IMG/VR virus record: IMGVR_UViG_2599185359_000001
Span: 46,779 to 110,778 of that record
Origin: a virus
Taxonomy: Duplodnaviria; Caudoviricetes
DNA: 64,000 nt
Direction: 5' to 3' (one strand)
Shown here: positions 1 through 9,652 of the stretch, piece by piece
Numbering within the stretch: the first letter of the stretch is position 1
Layout: every line of letters begins with the position of its first letter
Translations under genes and position numbers: made by a program
Notes under the pieces: model-generated
What the model saw: only the letters and a program-made list of their open reading frames with translations
What the model was told of the DNA's origin: nothing
Database searches by the model: none

Positions 1-947
1 GGCAGCGTGATCTCGGAGCACAGGTTGGACTGCACGACCTTCAGGCCGAGCACCTTTTGGATCTCGGGGAGCATGCTGTTCACACGGTCCGAGAAGACGA
101 TGTACGGCTCGCCCAGCTCAAGGCGCGCGGTCACCAGCTTGATGAACAGCGCACGGGCATCGACCGTCTTGATGACGGCGCCGGTCTTGGGGCTCTTCAG
201 CTCCCAGACACGCTCTTCCTGCGTTTCGAGCCATACCTTGTCCATGAAGGCGTCGGGCACCATCACGCCGTGGTGGATGTTGTGCGCCTTGCGCCGCTGA
301 TCGCCGCCCTGGTGCCGGCGGATGTCGATGAACTCTTCGATCTCCGGGTGGGCGAGGTCGAGGTAGACGGCCGCCGAGCCGCGGCGCAGCGAGCCCTGGC
401 TGATCGCCTCGGTCTGAGCGTCCTGCCAGCGGACGAACGGAACGATGCCGCTGGTGGTGCCGGTGATCGAGCCGCCAATGGGCTCGTCGATCGAGCGCAC
501 GTCGCCCCAGAACGTGCCGATGCCGCCGCCCATCGCCGCGAGCCAGATGTTCTCGTGCACGCCCTGGGCGATCGACGTCATGCTGTCGCCGATGCGGTTG
601 AGGAAGCAGCTGATCGTCAGGCCGCGCTTGGTGCCGCTGTTCGAAAGGATCGGCGTTGCCGGCATGAAGTAGAGGCGCGAGATGGCGTCATACATGACCT
701 GGGCGTGGCCGGTCTTCTCGCCGCGCACGACTTCATCGGAGTTGGCGCAGGCGACGCGGGCGAACAGATCCTGGTAGCTCTCGCCCGGCAGGAGGTAGCG
801 GTCGCGCAGGGTCGCCTTGCCGAACTCGGTCAGCAGTGCGTCGCGGCTGTCGTCGATGGTGATCGACACGAGGGCGCTGGCCTCGGTCGGGTAATGGTAG
901 ACGCGAGTGGTCGCGCCCGGCGCTTGCGTGTCCGCAGCATCCGTCAT
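1..947 (-). CDS. nrdA: Ribonucleoside-diphosphate reductase class Ia alpha subunit (5' part; runs off left edge)
   Basis: Not in ORF track. ATG at 947 after AGGAG; reads SRDALLTEFGKATLRDRYLLPGESYQDLFARVA...FMPATPILSNSGTKRGLTISCFLN. Confidence 0.92.
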   Translation of the reverse strand, partial: MTDAADTQAPGATTRVYHYPTEASALVSITIDDSRDALLTEFGKATLRDRYLLPGESYQDLFARVACANSDEVVRGEKTGHAQVMYDAISRLYFMPATPILSNSGTKRGLTISCFLNRIGDSMTSIAQGVHENIWLAAMGGGIGTFWGDVRSIDEPIGGSITGTTSGIVPFVRWQDAQTEAISQGSLRRGSAAVYLDLAHPEIEEFIDIRRHQGGDQRRKAHNIHHGVMVPDAFMDKVWLETQEERVWELKSPKTGAVIKTVDARALFIKLVTARLELGEPYIVFSDRVNSMLPEIQKVLGLKVVQSNLCSEITL

Positions 948-995
948 GAAGGGGTTACTCCTAGGGTTGAACGTCGAGGGGATTGTATCAGACGT

Positions 996-1015
996 GTGTG
1001 TGTCGGTCGACACAT
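996..1015 (+). promoter_or_regulatory. Operator motif copy 1 (nrdA promoter spacer)
   Basis: GTGTGTGTCGGTCGACACAT; upstream of TG-a-TACAAT on minus strand. Confidence 0.7.
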
Positions 1016-1019
1016 TGCA

Positions 1020-1628
1020 TTAAGAAATAAGAGCCGCCATCATCCCCGCGAGCTGACGGAATTGTTCGCTGGCGATCGCCGCCTGCACGCCGGAGATGGC
1101 GTCGGCCTGGTGCTCCATGTCCTTGAGGATGTAGCCGCCGCGGTGCTCGATCTCGAACTCGTTCTTCCGGGGACCGACTCCCCACTCGACCGGACTGTCC
1201 GTGCGTTCGGTGAGGGCCAGCGCCCAGCGCATGATGTCCTCCTTGTCGGCAGTCTTCGAGCCTACCGAAGCCATCTTCACCTCAGCCGGGCTGACCTCGA
1301 TCAGCGGAATGGTGAGCGATGCGAGAATGCCGATCGCGATACCGAACGCGCTCGCTGCGTTCGCGCTCTGACCGCCAGACGGTACCTCAGCAGCACCAAC
1401 CCTGATCTGGTGCTGTGCGATCACCTCGCGCAGCTTGACCGCGTGAGCGCGTGCGCGGTGCATCTTGTCGCTCGAACTGCGAACCTGCTTGTTCTTGGTC
1501 TTCTCGGTCTTGATGGTGCTCATCTCGAGGACGCGGATGATCTTCCGGGTCTCCGTGCACACCTCGCACACCGCATAGCCGGTGTGCGTGAGGCTGGGAT
1601 CGATGCCCAGCATTCGAATGATTGTCAC
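1020..1628 (-). CDS. ruvC: RuvC-like Holliday junction resolvase
   Basis: LGIDPSLTHTG, AAEVP, SPAEVK..KTADKEDI and HQADAI catalytic motifs. Confidence 0.85.
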   Translation of the reverse strand: MTIIRMLGIDPSLTHTGYAVCEVCTETRKIIRVLEMSTIKTEKTKNKQVRSSSDKMHRARAHAVKLREVIAQHQIRVGAAEVPSGGQSANAASAFGIAIGILASLTIPLIEVSPAEVKMASVGSKTADKEDIMRWALALTERTDSPVEWGVGPRKNEFEIEHRGGYILKDMEHQADAISGVQAAIASEQFRQLAGMMAALIS

Positions 1629-1768
1629 TGCTTCCTCTTGAGCGCGAGGTGAGGGCAGCCGCCGGAATACAGGCGGCAGTTAAGCGGCGTCTTCGTCCCG
1701 CCGGCTGCGTGGTGCGTCTTGGCGGCCTCGACGATGCGTGCGGGTGCGCCGCAAGGGGCGCAGCTCAT
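1625..1768 (-). CDS. 47-aa Cys/His-rich micro-protein (not in ORF track)
   Basis: MSCAPCGAP...NCRLYSGGCPHL...; TGATG overlap with upstream gene and GTGA overlap with ruvC; fills the gap exactly. Confidence 0.6.
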   Translation of the reverse strand: MSCAPCGAPARIVEAAKTHHAAGGTKTPLNCRLYSGGCPHLALKRKQ

Positions 1769-2313
1769 CAGAACTGGCCCCATAGGGGGTTGGATTGATC
1801 GATGCTGTTCGTCACCTGCTCTTTCTTATCCTGCTGGGCGACCACAAAGCCCTCTGAGAGGATCTTGTGCATCGCCGCGTTCTTCTTGATCGCATCGACC
1901 ACGGCTGCCTGGATGTCGGCGACCTTGGCGCCGTCCAGGTAACTCTCGACCCGCTCAGCCAGGTCGCCGAAGCAGTTGATGATGTCATCCCAGGCCAGCT
2001 CGATCCATTCGACCGGACCCTTGTCGCAGACCCATTCGCCGTCGACCGGCATGACGAAGATGAGCCCGTCGCGTTTGCCGAGCCGGATCTCCTTCGCGTT
2101 GACGCGCGTACCGGTCGGCACGCTATGCCGGCGGTACCCCTTCTCCTTCACAGCGCACGCGCAGAGGATCGGGAGCTCGACAGGGTAGGGGCCGTGGACA
2201 CTCGCCCGGGCGAAGGCCGCGGCCAGCTTGACCAAATCCTTCACCGTCGAGGTATTTGCGGCCTTGGAGATCATGTCGGCGGTCACCTGGACCGCCGGTG
2301 CTTTCTTGCTCAT
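1768..2313 (-). CDS. Hypothetical phage protein
   Basis: ATG at 2313 (MSKKAPAVQ) after GAGG, directly downstream of sbcC. Confidence 0.7.
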   Translation of the reverse strand: MSKKAPAVQVTADMISKAANTSTVKDLVKLAAAFARASVHGPYPVELPILCACAVKEKGYRRHSVPTGTRVNAKEIRLGKRDGLIFVMPVDGEWVCDKGPVEWIELAWDDIINCFGDLAERVESYLDGAKVADIQAAVVDAIKKNAAMHKILSEGFVVAQQDKKEQVTNSIDQSNPLWGQF

Positions 2314-2323
2314 TGTGCCTCGT

Positions 2324-4300
2324 TCAGATGATGCTGACGCTTGCCCGGCCGCCCGACTTCTCCACCTGGATCGTCTTGCGCGCGTAGGCCGCGATGTCGT
2401 TGTGGCTGATGACCAGGACAGTGCCGCGGTCGCGGGCCTTCTCTTCGAGCACGCCCATGAGGCGTTCGAGGCCGGCTGCGTCGAGTGCGTCGTCGATCTC
2501 GTCGCCCAACCAAAGCTCAAGGCTCTTGGTCGCCCGGGTTGCGACGAGATCCTGGAGCGCGAGCGCGCATGCGAGCCGCGCCTTGCGCTTCTCGCCGCCC
2601 GACAGGTTGTTGAAGCTCGGCGCGCTGCCCGGCTTCTCCACCGTCACCGAGAACTTCTCGACCAGCTGGCCCTTCTTCGTCTCGGAAAGCGTGGTCCAGA
2701 ATGCATCGATCGCGCCGTCCGACAGGCTGCCGAGATAGTGTGCGGTCCGCTCGTTGAGGAAGGGCGTTGCCTCGTCCAAGCGATGGGCACGGACGCCGGC
2801 AGGCGCGAAGACGCCAGCAACAGCCTCGGCGTAACCAAGCTCTTCGGCCGCCTTCAGCAAAGACCCCTTGGACTTTTCGAGCTCGGCGGCGCGCGCGACG
2901 ACCGTGTCGTCGGCATCCTTCAGCATCTTGTTGAATGGGTTCTCGGCCGCAGCCTCATCCTTCCAACGCTTGCCGATGGTTTGGGCAGCGACGCGCAGGC
3001 GCTCGACTTCGGTTCGCGCCGCCTGGGCGATCTGAAGCTCGCGCTGCAGATTCTTCAGGCGAGCGCCCTCGGCTGACACGTCGGTCATGCTGGCGCGATG
3101 ATCGTCCAGATCCTTCTGGGCGGCGGTGACCGCACGCTCGAATGCAGCGACCTTCGACTTGGCGGCGTCACGGTGAGCGATGCACTTGTCTCGGTCGGCC
3201 CTCTGCGCCTTGAGCTTGGTCTCGGCGTTGGCGATCGCGTCGGCGAGATGCTCCTCCTCCAGCGGACGACCGCAATCATCGCACGGCTGCCCCACGCCGT
3301 TCTTGGTCCGCTCCAGCGCCGCTTCCGCCGCGGAAACGGATCGATCAGCTGCCGCGGCAGTCGTTTCTTCGGACGCCAACCGGCGCTGGATTTGCGCAAG
3401 CGCCGACTGCGCCTGCGTAAGGTCGGCCGCGAGGTCACGCTCGCGCGCGACTTCGGACTGCACGGCTTCGATCTTCTCCTGCGCATCGACGATGTCTTCG
3501 CGGACCTTCTTCAGGCCATCATCGTCGAGCTCGGCCTTCGCCGTCTGGAACGCCTTCACAGCGGCGCCGGTCTGCGTCTTGAGCCCAGCGATCTTCGTGA
3601 CCTGATCGGTGTCCCATTGTGTCTTCTGGTCGTTCAGACGCTCTACAGACGCGAGCGCGTCGCGGTGACGCTCGGTTGCTCGGTCGAATGCGATTTGCGC
3701 TTGTGCGCGCGTCTCAGCGACCTTGCGCATGCGTTCGCGCGCGATCTCATACGCCCCGGCGAGCACGTCAACGCCGGCGGCCTGCTCCACGAGGAGCTTC
3801 AGCTGACGGTCCGTCATGCGGGGGATGTCGGGCATCATTTCCTGCCCCGAGTAGACAGCGGCGTTGAACACTTCCTCGGAGCAGCCGAGCAAGCGCTCGA
3901 TCGCCTTCTGGGTGAGGGCAGTGGTCCCCTTCGTCGCGTCAATCCATTCGCCGGTCGCGGCGTCATGGTGCGCGAGGTTGAGGCTATTCTTGCCCTTCGG
4001 GTGCTTCCGGTAGCGGGTGACCCGCCAGAAATCGCCGTCGTCATCGATGGTGATCGACACGAGGGCGCCCTTGCCGACGATGGTATTGACGATGTCGTCG
4101 CCCGAGACGCCGCGCGCCGTCGAGCCCCACAGGCACCAGCTGATCGCATCGCCGATGGAGCTCTTGCCAGATCCGTTGCTGTCGGCGCTGGTCTCGTCGT
4201 TGTTGATGCCCGAGATGTGCGCCAGGCCGAGCGTGTCGAGGCTCAGCTTAGCCTCGCCGATCGCGAGCACGTTCTCGATCTGAACGTCGGTGAATTTCAT
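2324..4300 (-). CDS. sbcC: SbcC/Rad50 (gp46-like) SMC ATPase
   Basis: Start MKFTDVQIEN at 4300; Walker A NGSGKSS, zinc hook CDDC, signature LSGGEK, Walker B/D-loop DEIDDALD, ISH. Confidence 0.9.
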   Translation of the reverse strand: MKFTDVQIENVLAIGEAKLSLDTLGLAHISGINNDETSADSNGSGKSSIGDAISWCLWGSTARGVSGDDIVNTIVGKGALVSITIDDDGDFWRVTRYRKHPKGKNSLNLAHHDAATGEWIDATKGTTALTQKAIERLLGCSEEVFNAAVYSGQEMMPDIPRMTDRQLKLLVEQAAGVDVLAGAYEIARERMRKVAETRAQAQIAFDRATERHRDALASVERLNDQKTQWDTDQVTKIAGLKTQTGAAVKAFQTAKAELDDDGLKKVREDIVDAQEKIEAVQSEVARERDLAADLTQAQSALAQIQRRLASEETTAAAADRSVSAAEAALERTKNGVGQPCDDCGRPLEEEHLADAIANAETKLKAQRADRDKCIAHRDAAKSKVAAFERAVTAAQKDLDDHRASMTDVSAEGARLKNLQRELQIAQAARTEVERLRVAAQTIGKRWKDEAAAENPFNKMLKDADDTVVARAAELEKSKGSLLKAAEELGYAEAVAGVFAPAGVRAHRLDEATPFLNERTAHYLGSLSDGAIDAFWTTLSETKKGQLVEKFSVTVEKPGSAPSFNNLSGGEKRKARLACALALQDLVATRATKSLELWLGDEIDDALDAAGLERLMGVLEEKARDRGTVLVISHNDIAAYARKTIQVEKSGGRASVSII

Positions 4301-4479
4301 CGCGTTTCCTTCTCGATAAGGGAGGCTACCCGCTTCGTGATGCCTGGTTTGCCCTTCAGGCTTTGGAGGAGCGCCCTGCGGTTCCTGCGTGGGCTGGGAT
4401 TGATGACCGGGCAGAACTCCGGCTCCCAGGTGTGATGGTGGCTGCCGCCGCAGCACGGGCAGGGCGGAACCTCCATCAC
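4297..4479 (-). CDS. Small Cys/His-rich protein
   Basis: CPCCGGSHHH; 4-bp overlaps with both sbcD and sbcC. Confidence 0.55.
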   Translation of the reverse strand: MMEVPPCPCCGGSHHHTWEPEFCPVINPSPRRNRRALLQSLKGKPGITKRVASLIEKETR

Positions 4480-5531
4480 TCAGCTCCGACCATGCGGGCT
4501 TCGCGCAGCACATCCAGCGCATCGACGGCGATCCGCTTCTTGGACAGCTTGCCGGCGTCCAGGTGCTTTGCGACGTAGGAGGCGACGGACACCTCGAGTG
4601 TGACATTCTTCGTGCCAGTCGACTGTCCACGCGTGACTTCGCGCTTCTTGGAGCTGTGATCCACCCAGGCGAGCGCTCCAGCCTGCTTCAGCGCTTCGCG
4701 AGCGCTGGTGAGGGTGTCAGCGTCAGCATCCTTGAGACGAAGGCGCACATAGTTGCCGTTGACCGCGTCGACATCGATCTCGGCGACATCGTCGATATTG
4801 ACGAACTTCGGCGCCAGGCTTTCGTGAAACTCGACGCTGGTCGGGTCGACGATGAGGAAGCCGGCGAGGGTGCCGGGATCGCTCCAGGTCTGATGCGTCG
4901 TTGCACCGATCGAATAGACGCCGGGAGCCGGCTGCTGGTGGTGGTGGTAGTGCCCGATGAATACGCGGCGATAGCCCCACGCCTTCACCTCGGCCGGGTC
5001 GAGCCCGTGGTCGGGCAGGCCTTTGATGACGCCGTTCAGCGGCGCGTGAATGATGAGATCGCGCTCCGGGTCGGCACTGGCCTTGCAGACCTCCCGGAGC
5101 TCGTTCAGGTCCTCGATCCAGGGGACCATCATCACCTGCTCATCGTCGGCGGTGTCGATCAGGGTGGAGTTGGTGACCGCGGTGAAGCCGTCGAGCTCGT
5201 CGAGCGCCTGCATGGCGTTGCCGAGCGCCGAGGCGTGCTTCCCCTTGAGATCGTGGTTGCCCGCGAGCGCCCAAACGGACACGCCCTTAGCGATGATCCG
5301 CTTGAAGCAGGCGATGACGGGGTTCTGGACCTCGGGGTCGATCTTGCCGCGGACGTGGTAAAGATCGCCGCCGAGGAACAGATCCTTGCCTCCGGCCGCC
5401 AGCACCGCGTCAGCGCTACGCTCGAGTTCGCCCAGGATGATTGCCAGGCGGGTGTTCACGCCGTCCGCGTTGGTGGTAGCGAAAGCGGACCATTCGTGCG
5501 CGTGCTGGTCGCTGCTGAGGCCGTAGGGCAT
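4476..5531 (-). CDS. sbcD: SbcD/Mre11-like metallophosphoesterase nuclease
   Basis: SDQH, GGDLYH, GNHD, IIH and GHYH motifs; next to sbcC. Confidence 0.88.
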   Translation of the reverse strand: MPYGLSSDQHAHEWSAFATTNADGVNTRLAIILGELERSADAVLAAGGKDLFLGGDLYHVRGKIDPEVQNPVIACFKRIIAKGVSVWALAGNHDLKGKHASALGNAMQALDELDGFTAVTNSTLIDTADDEQVMMVPWIEDLNELREVCKASADPERDLIIHAPLNGVIKGLPDHGLDPAEVKAWGYRRVFIGHYHHHQQPAPGVYSIGATTHQTWSDPGTLAGFLIVDPTSVEFHESLAPKFVNIDDVAEIDVDAVNGNYVRLRLKDADADTLTSAREALKQAGALAWVDHSSKKREVTRGQSTGTKNVTLEVSVASYVAKHLDAGKLSKKRIAVDALDVLREARMVGAE

Positions 5532-5543
5532 AGGATCCGATCC

Positions 5544-6047
5544 TTAATTCGCGAGAGTGTCGAGTGCGGCTTCGGCGCCTTCCACAGCGGCCAGCGCATC
5601 GGTGGCGTCGTTACGCGCGATGTAGGAGGCGTGCTTCAGCTGCTCCGCTGCCGCGCGGAGGCAGTCGGTGACCGAGGTATTGCCGCGCATGGCAAAGCCA
5701 TCTGCCTCTCCGTTCAGGGCCGCAGCGCGGGCGTCCATTTCCTGCGCGAAATCGAACATGGCCTCGACGCTTTCCTCGGTTTCGTCGATCAAGCCCTCGA
5801 GCTCGGCGGCGGCTGCCTCATTCTGCTCGGCGGCCCAGGCGGCTTCCTTTGCCACAGCCTCTTCACGTTCCTGCTGAGCCTGCCGTTCCTTGATCGCAAC
5901 GGCGAGAGCGGCGGCCATCGGATGGCCGCTAGTCCGAACGAACTCGTTCGCCTGGTCGGCCGGCGTCGCGGCGGTCTTCGCTTCATCGTGGATGGCGCGG
6001 CACGCGCGTTCGGCGCGGGCGAAGCTCGAATGGTAGTTCATGGGCAA
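5544..6047 (-). CDS. Hypothetical coiled-coil protein
   Basis: ORF fills the gap, AAGGA RBS, Ala/Glu-rich. Confidence 0.6.
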   Translation of the reverse strand: MPMNYHSSFARAERACRAIHDEAKTAATPADQANEFVRTSGHPMAAALAVAIKERQAQQEREEAVAKEAAWAAEQNEAAAAELEGLIDETEESVEAMFDFAQEMDARAAALNGEADGFAMRGNTSVTDCLRAAAEQLKHASYIARNDATDALAAVEGAEAALDTLAN

Positions 6048-6050
6048 TCC

Positions 6051-6290
6051 TTACTGCTGGGCGGCCGACTGGCGTTCGCGACGGGCGATCTCCCGCGCGT
6101 CGCTATGCGGGTCGAGTGTGTGTCGGTTGGCACGCGACATGCGACCGAAGGCACCGGCGGGGACGCGTGCGAGCGACTTTTGCAGGCGCGTGGGTGCCGC
6201 GAACTGCTCGTTGAGCTTCTTGCCGGCGAGCTTCGCCTTGTGCGCCTCGAGGCGCTCGGCTTTGGTGGCGTTGTGCGGGAGGCGAGCCAT
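6051..6290 (-). CDS. Hypothetical basic protein
   Basis: ATG at 6290 (MARLPHNAT) after GGAGG, TGATG-coupled. Confidence 0.55.
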   Translation of the reverse strand: MARLPHNATKAERLEAHKAKLAGKKLNEQFAAPTRLQKSLARVPAGAFGRMSRANRHTLDPHSDAREIARRERQSAAQQ

Positions 6291-6406
6291 CAGCGGCAGG
6301 CCTCCACGGTCTTGGCGATCGTGAGCGCGATCAGCCCCCAGATCCCCAGATTGAAGAGCGCCGCGACCGTAATCCACTGGCGCACACTCAGAACGTCGAT
6401 ATTCAT
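6290..6406 (-). CDS. 38-aa single-TM micro-protein (not in ORF track)
   Basis: MNIDVLSVRQWITVAALFNLGIWGLIALTIAKTVEACR; GAAAGG RBS; TGATG overlap with next gene. Confidence 0.55.
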   Translation of the reverse strand: MNIDVLSVRQWITVAALFNLGIWGLIALTIAKTVEACR

Positions 6407-6422
6407 TGCTGACCTTTCGTCG

Positions 6423-6442
6423 GTGTGTGTTGTTTAACACTC
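6423..6442 (+). promoter_or_regulatory. Operator motif copy 2
   Basis: GTGTGTGTTGTTTAACACTC, overlapping a stop codon. Confidence 0.65.
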
Positions 6443-6871
6443 GACCTTGTTAGCGGTGCGTTTGCGCTTGCGCAAGCTGGGACCAAGAAATTTATTCGTG
6501 TAGCGCGTATACGGAAGCACCCGGTGCGCGCGGCCGCGATAGTCGGCCTTCGTGCGGTAAAGCTCGGCGTCATCGAAGTCATCGATCGGCGTCAGAAAGA
6601 TCCGGCGCTGCTCCTCGACGACGACCATCACAACGGAGACGTTGTGCTGTGGCGCGCGGCGGAGCAGCTCTCGATCAACGCCGATGCCTGCTTCGCCTCT
6701 CTCGATCGCTTCGGCGATTGACTTCGACCGGCCGCGCCAGATGTCACGCCCCTTCTGCTCCACGATCAGGAAGCGCGTCCCGCTGGGCGTCTCCATGATC
6801 TTGCCCTGCACCCTGGGCGCCACTTTCAGCAGCCCGATCCGCTTCATGCCCTGCGAGATAGGTCTCAGCAT
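6434..6871 (-). CDS. Hypothetical phage protein
   Basis: Globular-looking ORF; start uncertain (6871 or 6847); overlaps 3' end of upstream gene. Confidence 0.6.
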   Translation of the reverse strand: MLRPISQGMKRIGLLKVAPRVQGKIMETPSGTRFLIVEQKGRDIWRGRSKSIAEAIERGEAGIGVDRELLRRAPQHNVSVVMVVVEEQRRIFLTPIDDFDDAELYRTKADYRGRAHRVLPYTRYTNKFLGPSLRKRKRTANKVEC

Positions 6872-7355
6872 CTTCGACAGAGAGGCGTTGAAGGTAAATG
6901 GCGGTAATGCGGGTTTTTTCGTTGATGATGCGGGGGCCATAGTTCTGTCTCTGCCATTGCAGGAGCGCGCGCGCCGCTTCGTAGCTGGGCTTCTCCTGCA
7001 TGAGGTGGTTCATGGATGCGTGCACGGCGAGGATCTCGGCGATCGGGCCGGCGAAGAGAGCCTTGACGCGGCTGTAGCCGAACACCGTTTGCTTTTTGGC
7101 GTCGTAGAGGGCGATGACCTGGTCAATGCGCAGGCGCTGGGTCCACGCGACGCCCACGCGCACGGTGTTGGCGAACCGATTGAGGCCGGTCTCGTCCTGG
7201 AAGGGGATGGCGGGCACGAATATCGCGCAAGCCGTGCGGCGCTGCAGTTGGCACACGTCGTTGACCGCGCAGTGGTCGCACGGGAGCTTGCCGGCGCCGG
7301 ACGTATAGGTATCGTCGGGGCGACGCTTCAGCTGTCGTGTGTCCGTGTCGATCAA
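6744..7355 (-). CDS. Hypothetical protein with N-terminal Cys cluster (ASCH/PUA-like 'NTVRVG' region)
   Basis: CDHC..C..C, NTVRVGVAW; TTG start after GGAG. Confidence 0.65.
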   Translation of the reverse strand: MIDTDTRQLKRRPDDTYTSGAGKLPCDHCAVNDVCQLQRRTACAIFVPAIPFQDETGLNRFANTVRVGVAWTQRLRIDQVIALYDAKKQTVFGYSRVKALFAGPIAEILAVHASMNHLMQEKPSYEAARALLQWQRQNYGPRIINEKTRITAIYLQRLSVEDAETYLAGHEADRAAESGAQGAGQDHGDAQRDALPDRGAEGA

Positions 7356-7368
7356 GTATCATCTCCAT

Positions 7369-7408
7369 AAAAGAGCGCTCGCAAAGTGGTTAGACCTTGC
7401 GAGCGCTC
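7369..7408 (-). terminator. Intrinsic terminator
   Basis: 12-bp stem GAGCGCTCGCAA/TTGCGAGCGCTC followed by TTTT on minus strand. Confidence 0.7.
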
Positions 7409-7431
7409 GCTTCTACTTGGCTTGTGGTGGC

Positions 7432-7632
7432 TTACGCTGCTGCGTTCCAGCCGTTCACTACGTTGCGCTCCTCCGGGGCCAGCGACGCTCCCCACCCGGA
7501 GAAAATGAACTGCGGGTCGTCGCCGGTGATTTCACGAAATGCCTTCGCGACCGCGGCACGCATAGGAGCGTCCGAGCCCGGCGGAAGCTTCGACGCATCA
7601 ACTTCCCCGATCTTGCAGCCCCAGACCTTCAT
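7432..7632 (-). CDS. Hypothetical protein
   Basis: ATGA overlap with recA stop. Confidence 0.65.
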   Translation of the reverse strand: MKVWGCKIGEVDASKLPPGSDAPMRAAVAKAFREITGDDPQFIFSGWGASLAPEERNVVNGWNAAA

Positions 7633-8669
7633 GCTGCCGCGTCCTGCGCTTCGGCGATGTCGATCAGGATATCAAGGTTGGCCGGGTCCTCGTTCAGATG
7701 CTCGATGAAGGCCGCCTTGCCCTGGATCCGCTTGCTCTGCCAGGTGAACCAGGCGCCGCCCTGAATACCGAGCTCCGTCAGGTGTTCGGCGCCGATGTGG
7801 TCGATCATGGAGTCCATGACGTCGATGTAGCCGGTGCCATCCTTGCGCCACTTGAACTCCCAGCTGGTCTTCTGGAACGGCTGGTAAGTCTTGTTCTTGA
7901 TGGACTCGGCCTTGATCTTTTGCGCGATGACCTCCTTGGTCTTCTTGTCGCGCTCCATCTCCCGGCCGAGGAACAGACGCAGCGATGCGTAGTAGGGCAG
8001 GGCCTCGCCGCCCACCGTGTACCGCGGATCGCCATAAGCGACGCCCGGCTTCATGCGCAGCTGATTGAGGAAGATCGCGAGGACGTTGTTCTCGGTCACG
8101 AACTGGTTGAACGCCGGGAGCTCCTGACTGGCCGCCATCGCGAGCGCCAGATTGTCCTTCATGTTCTGCCCATCGCCCTCCTTCTTGTCGCGTGCGAGCT
8201 TGGCGGCCGGCACCATGCTTGCGAAAGAGTCGAACACCATCACGAGCGGCGCTTCGAACGGGATGATGTCGGCCTTGCGGATCGTCTCCATCCAATCGAT
8301 CGACTGGTCGAGCGAAGCCTCGAAGGAGCGGGGGCGCTTGTAGTTCCAGATCCCCGGCGTGTCGTCGAGCCCAAGCCCCTTGGCGAGGTTGAGCATGAAC
8401 GAACCTTCGTGATCTTTGAACCCTGCGGCGCCACCAGCCTTTTGAGCCTGCGCCATCACCGCGGTCGCCAGCTGCGTCTTACCGGCGCTCGGCGGCCCTG
8501 CGATCTCGACGATGCGACCGGTCTTGATGCCGCCGCCGCGATACTTGCCAGATAATGCGCGATCGAGGTTGGGGACGCCGGTGGAGAGGAACAGGTCGTG
8601 GTCGGAAACTTCATCCGACGTCACGCCGCCCTTGTCGAGAGCTCCAGCCAACTTTGCTGCGATACTCAT
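7629..8669 (-). CDS. recA: Phage RecA/UvsX-like recombinase
   Basis: STGVPNLDRAL, Walker A GPPSAGKT, VFDSFASM, FLNQLR, GGEALPYYASLRL, KNK. Confidence 0.92.
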   Translation of the reverse strand: MSIAAKLAGALDKGGVTSDEVSDHDLFLSTGVPNLDRALSGKYRGGGIKTGRIVEIAGPPSAGKTQLATAVMAQAQKAGGAAGFKDHEGSFMLNLAKGLGLDDTPGIWNYKRPRSFEASLDQSIDWMETIRKADIIPFEAPLVMVFDSFASMVPAAKLARDKKEGDGQNMKDNLALAMAASQELPAFNQFVTENNVLAIFLNQLRMKPGVAYGDPRYTVGGEALPYYASLRLFLGREMERDKKTKEVIAQKIKAESIKNKTYQPFQKTSWEFKWRKDGTGYIDVMDSMIDHIGAEHLTELGIQGGAWFTWQSKRIQGKAAFIEHLNEDPANLDILIDIAEAQDAAA

Positions 8670-9652
8670 TACTTTCCGAACTCCTGTTCAAGCTGAATAA
8701 ACGGGGAAATGAACTCGTCCATCTTCGAGAGCATGGACGTGAAGCCGAACTCGGCGCAGAACTTCTCGAAGGCTGCGCGGTCGACCTTGGCTTTGGTGCC
8801 GCGAATGTTGGTCGGGGCGGGGATATCCGGGTGACCCAGATCCATCATCTTCAGCGCGAACTCGAACCGGGCCTGAAGCTCGGTGTCATCGCGCAGCTTC
8901 TGGAACTTGGCCGGGAGCAGCTGCGGGTCGCCTTTCTTTGCCTTCGGCACAGTCTTGCCTGCTGCCAGCCACTTAGCGACGGCATCTTCTTGGCTGAGCC
9001 GCATAAAGCTGTGCACGCAGTCGAACACCGAGAGGAGCTCCACCGCGCCCGCGTGACCGATGCCGGTGCGAGGCTTGACGTTGTCGCCGGTGTCGCCCTG
9101 CAGCGCCTTGGCGTGAATGAACGCTTTTTGTGAGGCGAACTCGGTGAACTCGTGGAAGTTGGTCACCGTGACCTTGCGGTCGATCTTGTGATCGATCCAG
9201 GCGACGCCGCGCTCGACGAGCTGGATCCAGTCCTGGTCGCCGGTGATTAGCGTCACCTGATCGCCGCGGGCCAACGCCTTGCGCGTCAGGATCGCCGCCA
9301 TGTCGTCGGCTTCCATGTTGCCGGCGACGAGCTGTGAAATGCCGAGGAGGTGAAGGCCGCGAAACATGTCGCGACGCTGGGCCTTGTAGCGCTCGCGCTC
9401 GGCCATCTTCTCGGCGGTGTCGGTACGAGTGCCCTTGTAGTCGGGGAACTCGCTGTAGCGCCATGAGCGGCCATCCCAGAGGATGATCGGCGTAGCGGCC
9501 AGGCGGGTGCGGAGGATCTTCTGGATCGAGCGCAACATCCCGAAGATGGCGGTCGTCTCGCGTTCGCCTGCGTAGAGCTTGCCCTGCTTGCCGTTGCCGT
9601 GCTGCGCGGCGTGACCGACCGAGTTTCCGTCAATGTAGGTCCGGCGGATCAT
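8669..9652 (-). CDS. 5'-3' exonuclease / T4 RNase H-like flap nuclease
   Basis: IDGNS, WDG, YKGTR, MEADD, TGDQD, LQGDTGDN motifs. Confidence 0.88.
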   Translation of the reverse strand: MIRRTYIDGNSVGHAAQHGNGKQGKLYAGERETTAIFGMLRSIQKILRTRLAATPIILWDGRSWRYSEFPDYKGTRTDTAEKMAERERYKAQRRDMFRGLHLLGISQLVAGNMEADDMAAILTRKALARGDQVTLITGDQDWIQLVERGVAWIDHKIDRKVTVTNFHEFTEFASQKAFIHAKALQGDTGDNVKPRTGIGHAGAVELLSVFDCVHSFMRLSQEDAVAKWLAAGKTVPKAKKGDPQLLPAKFQKLRDDTELQARFEFALKMMDLGHPDIPAPTNIRGTKAKVDRAAFEKFCAEFGFTSMLSKMDEFISPFIQLEQEFGK

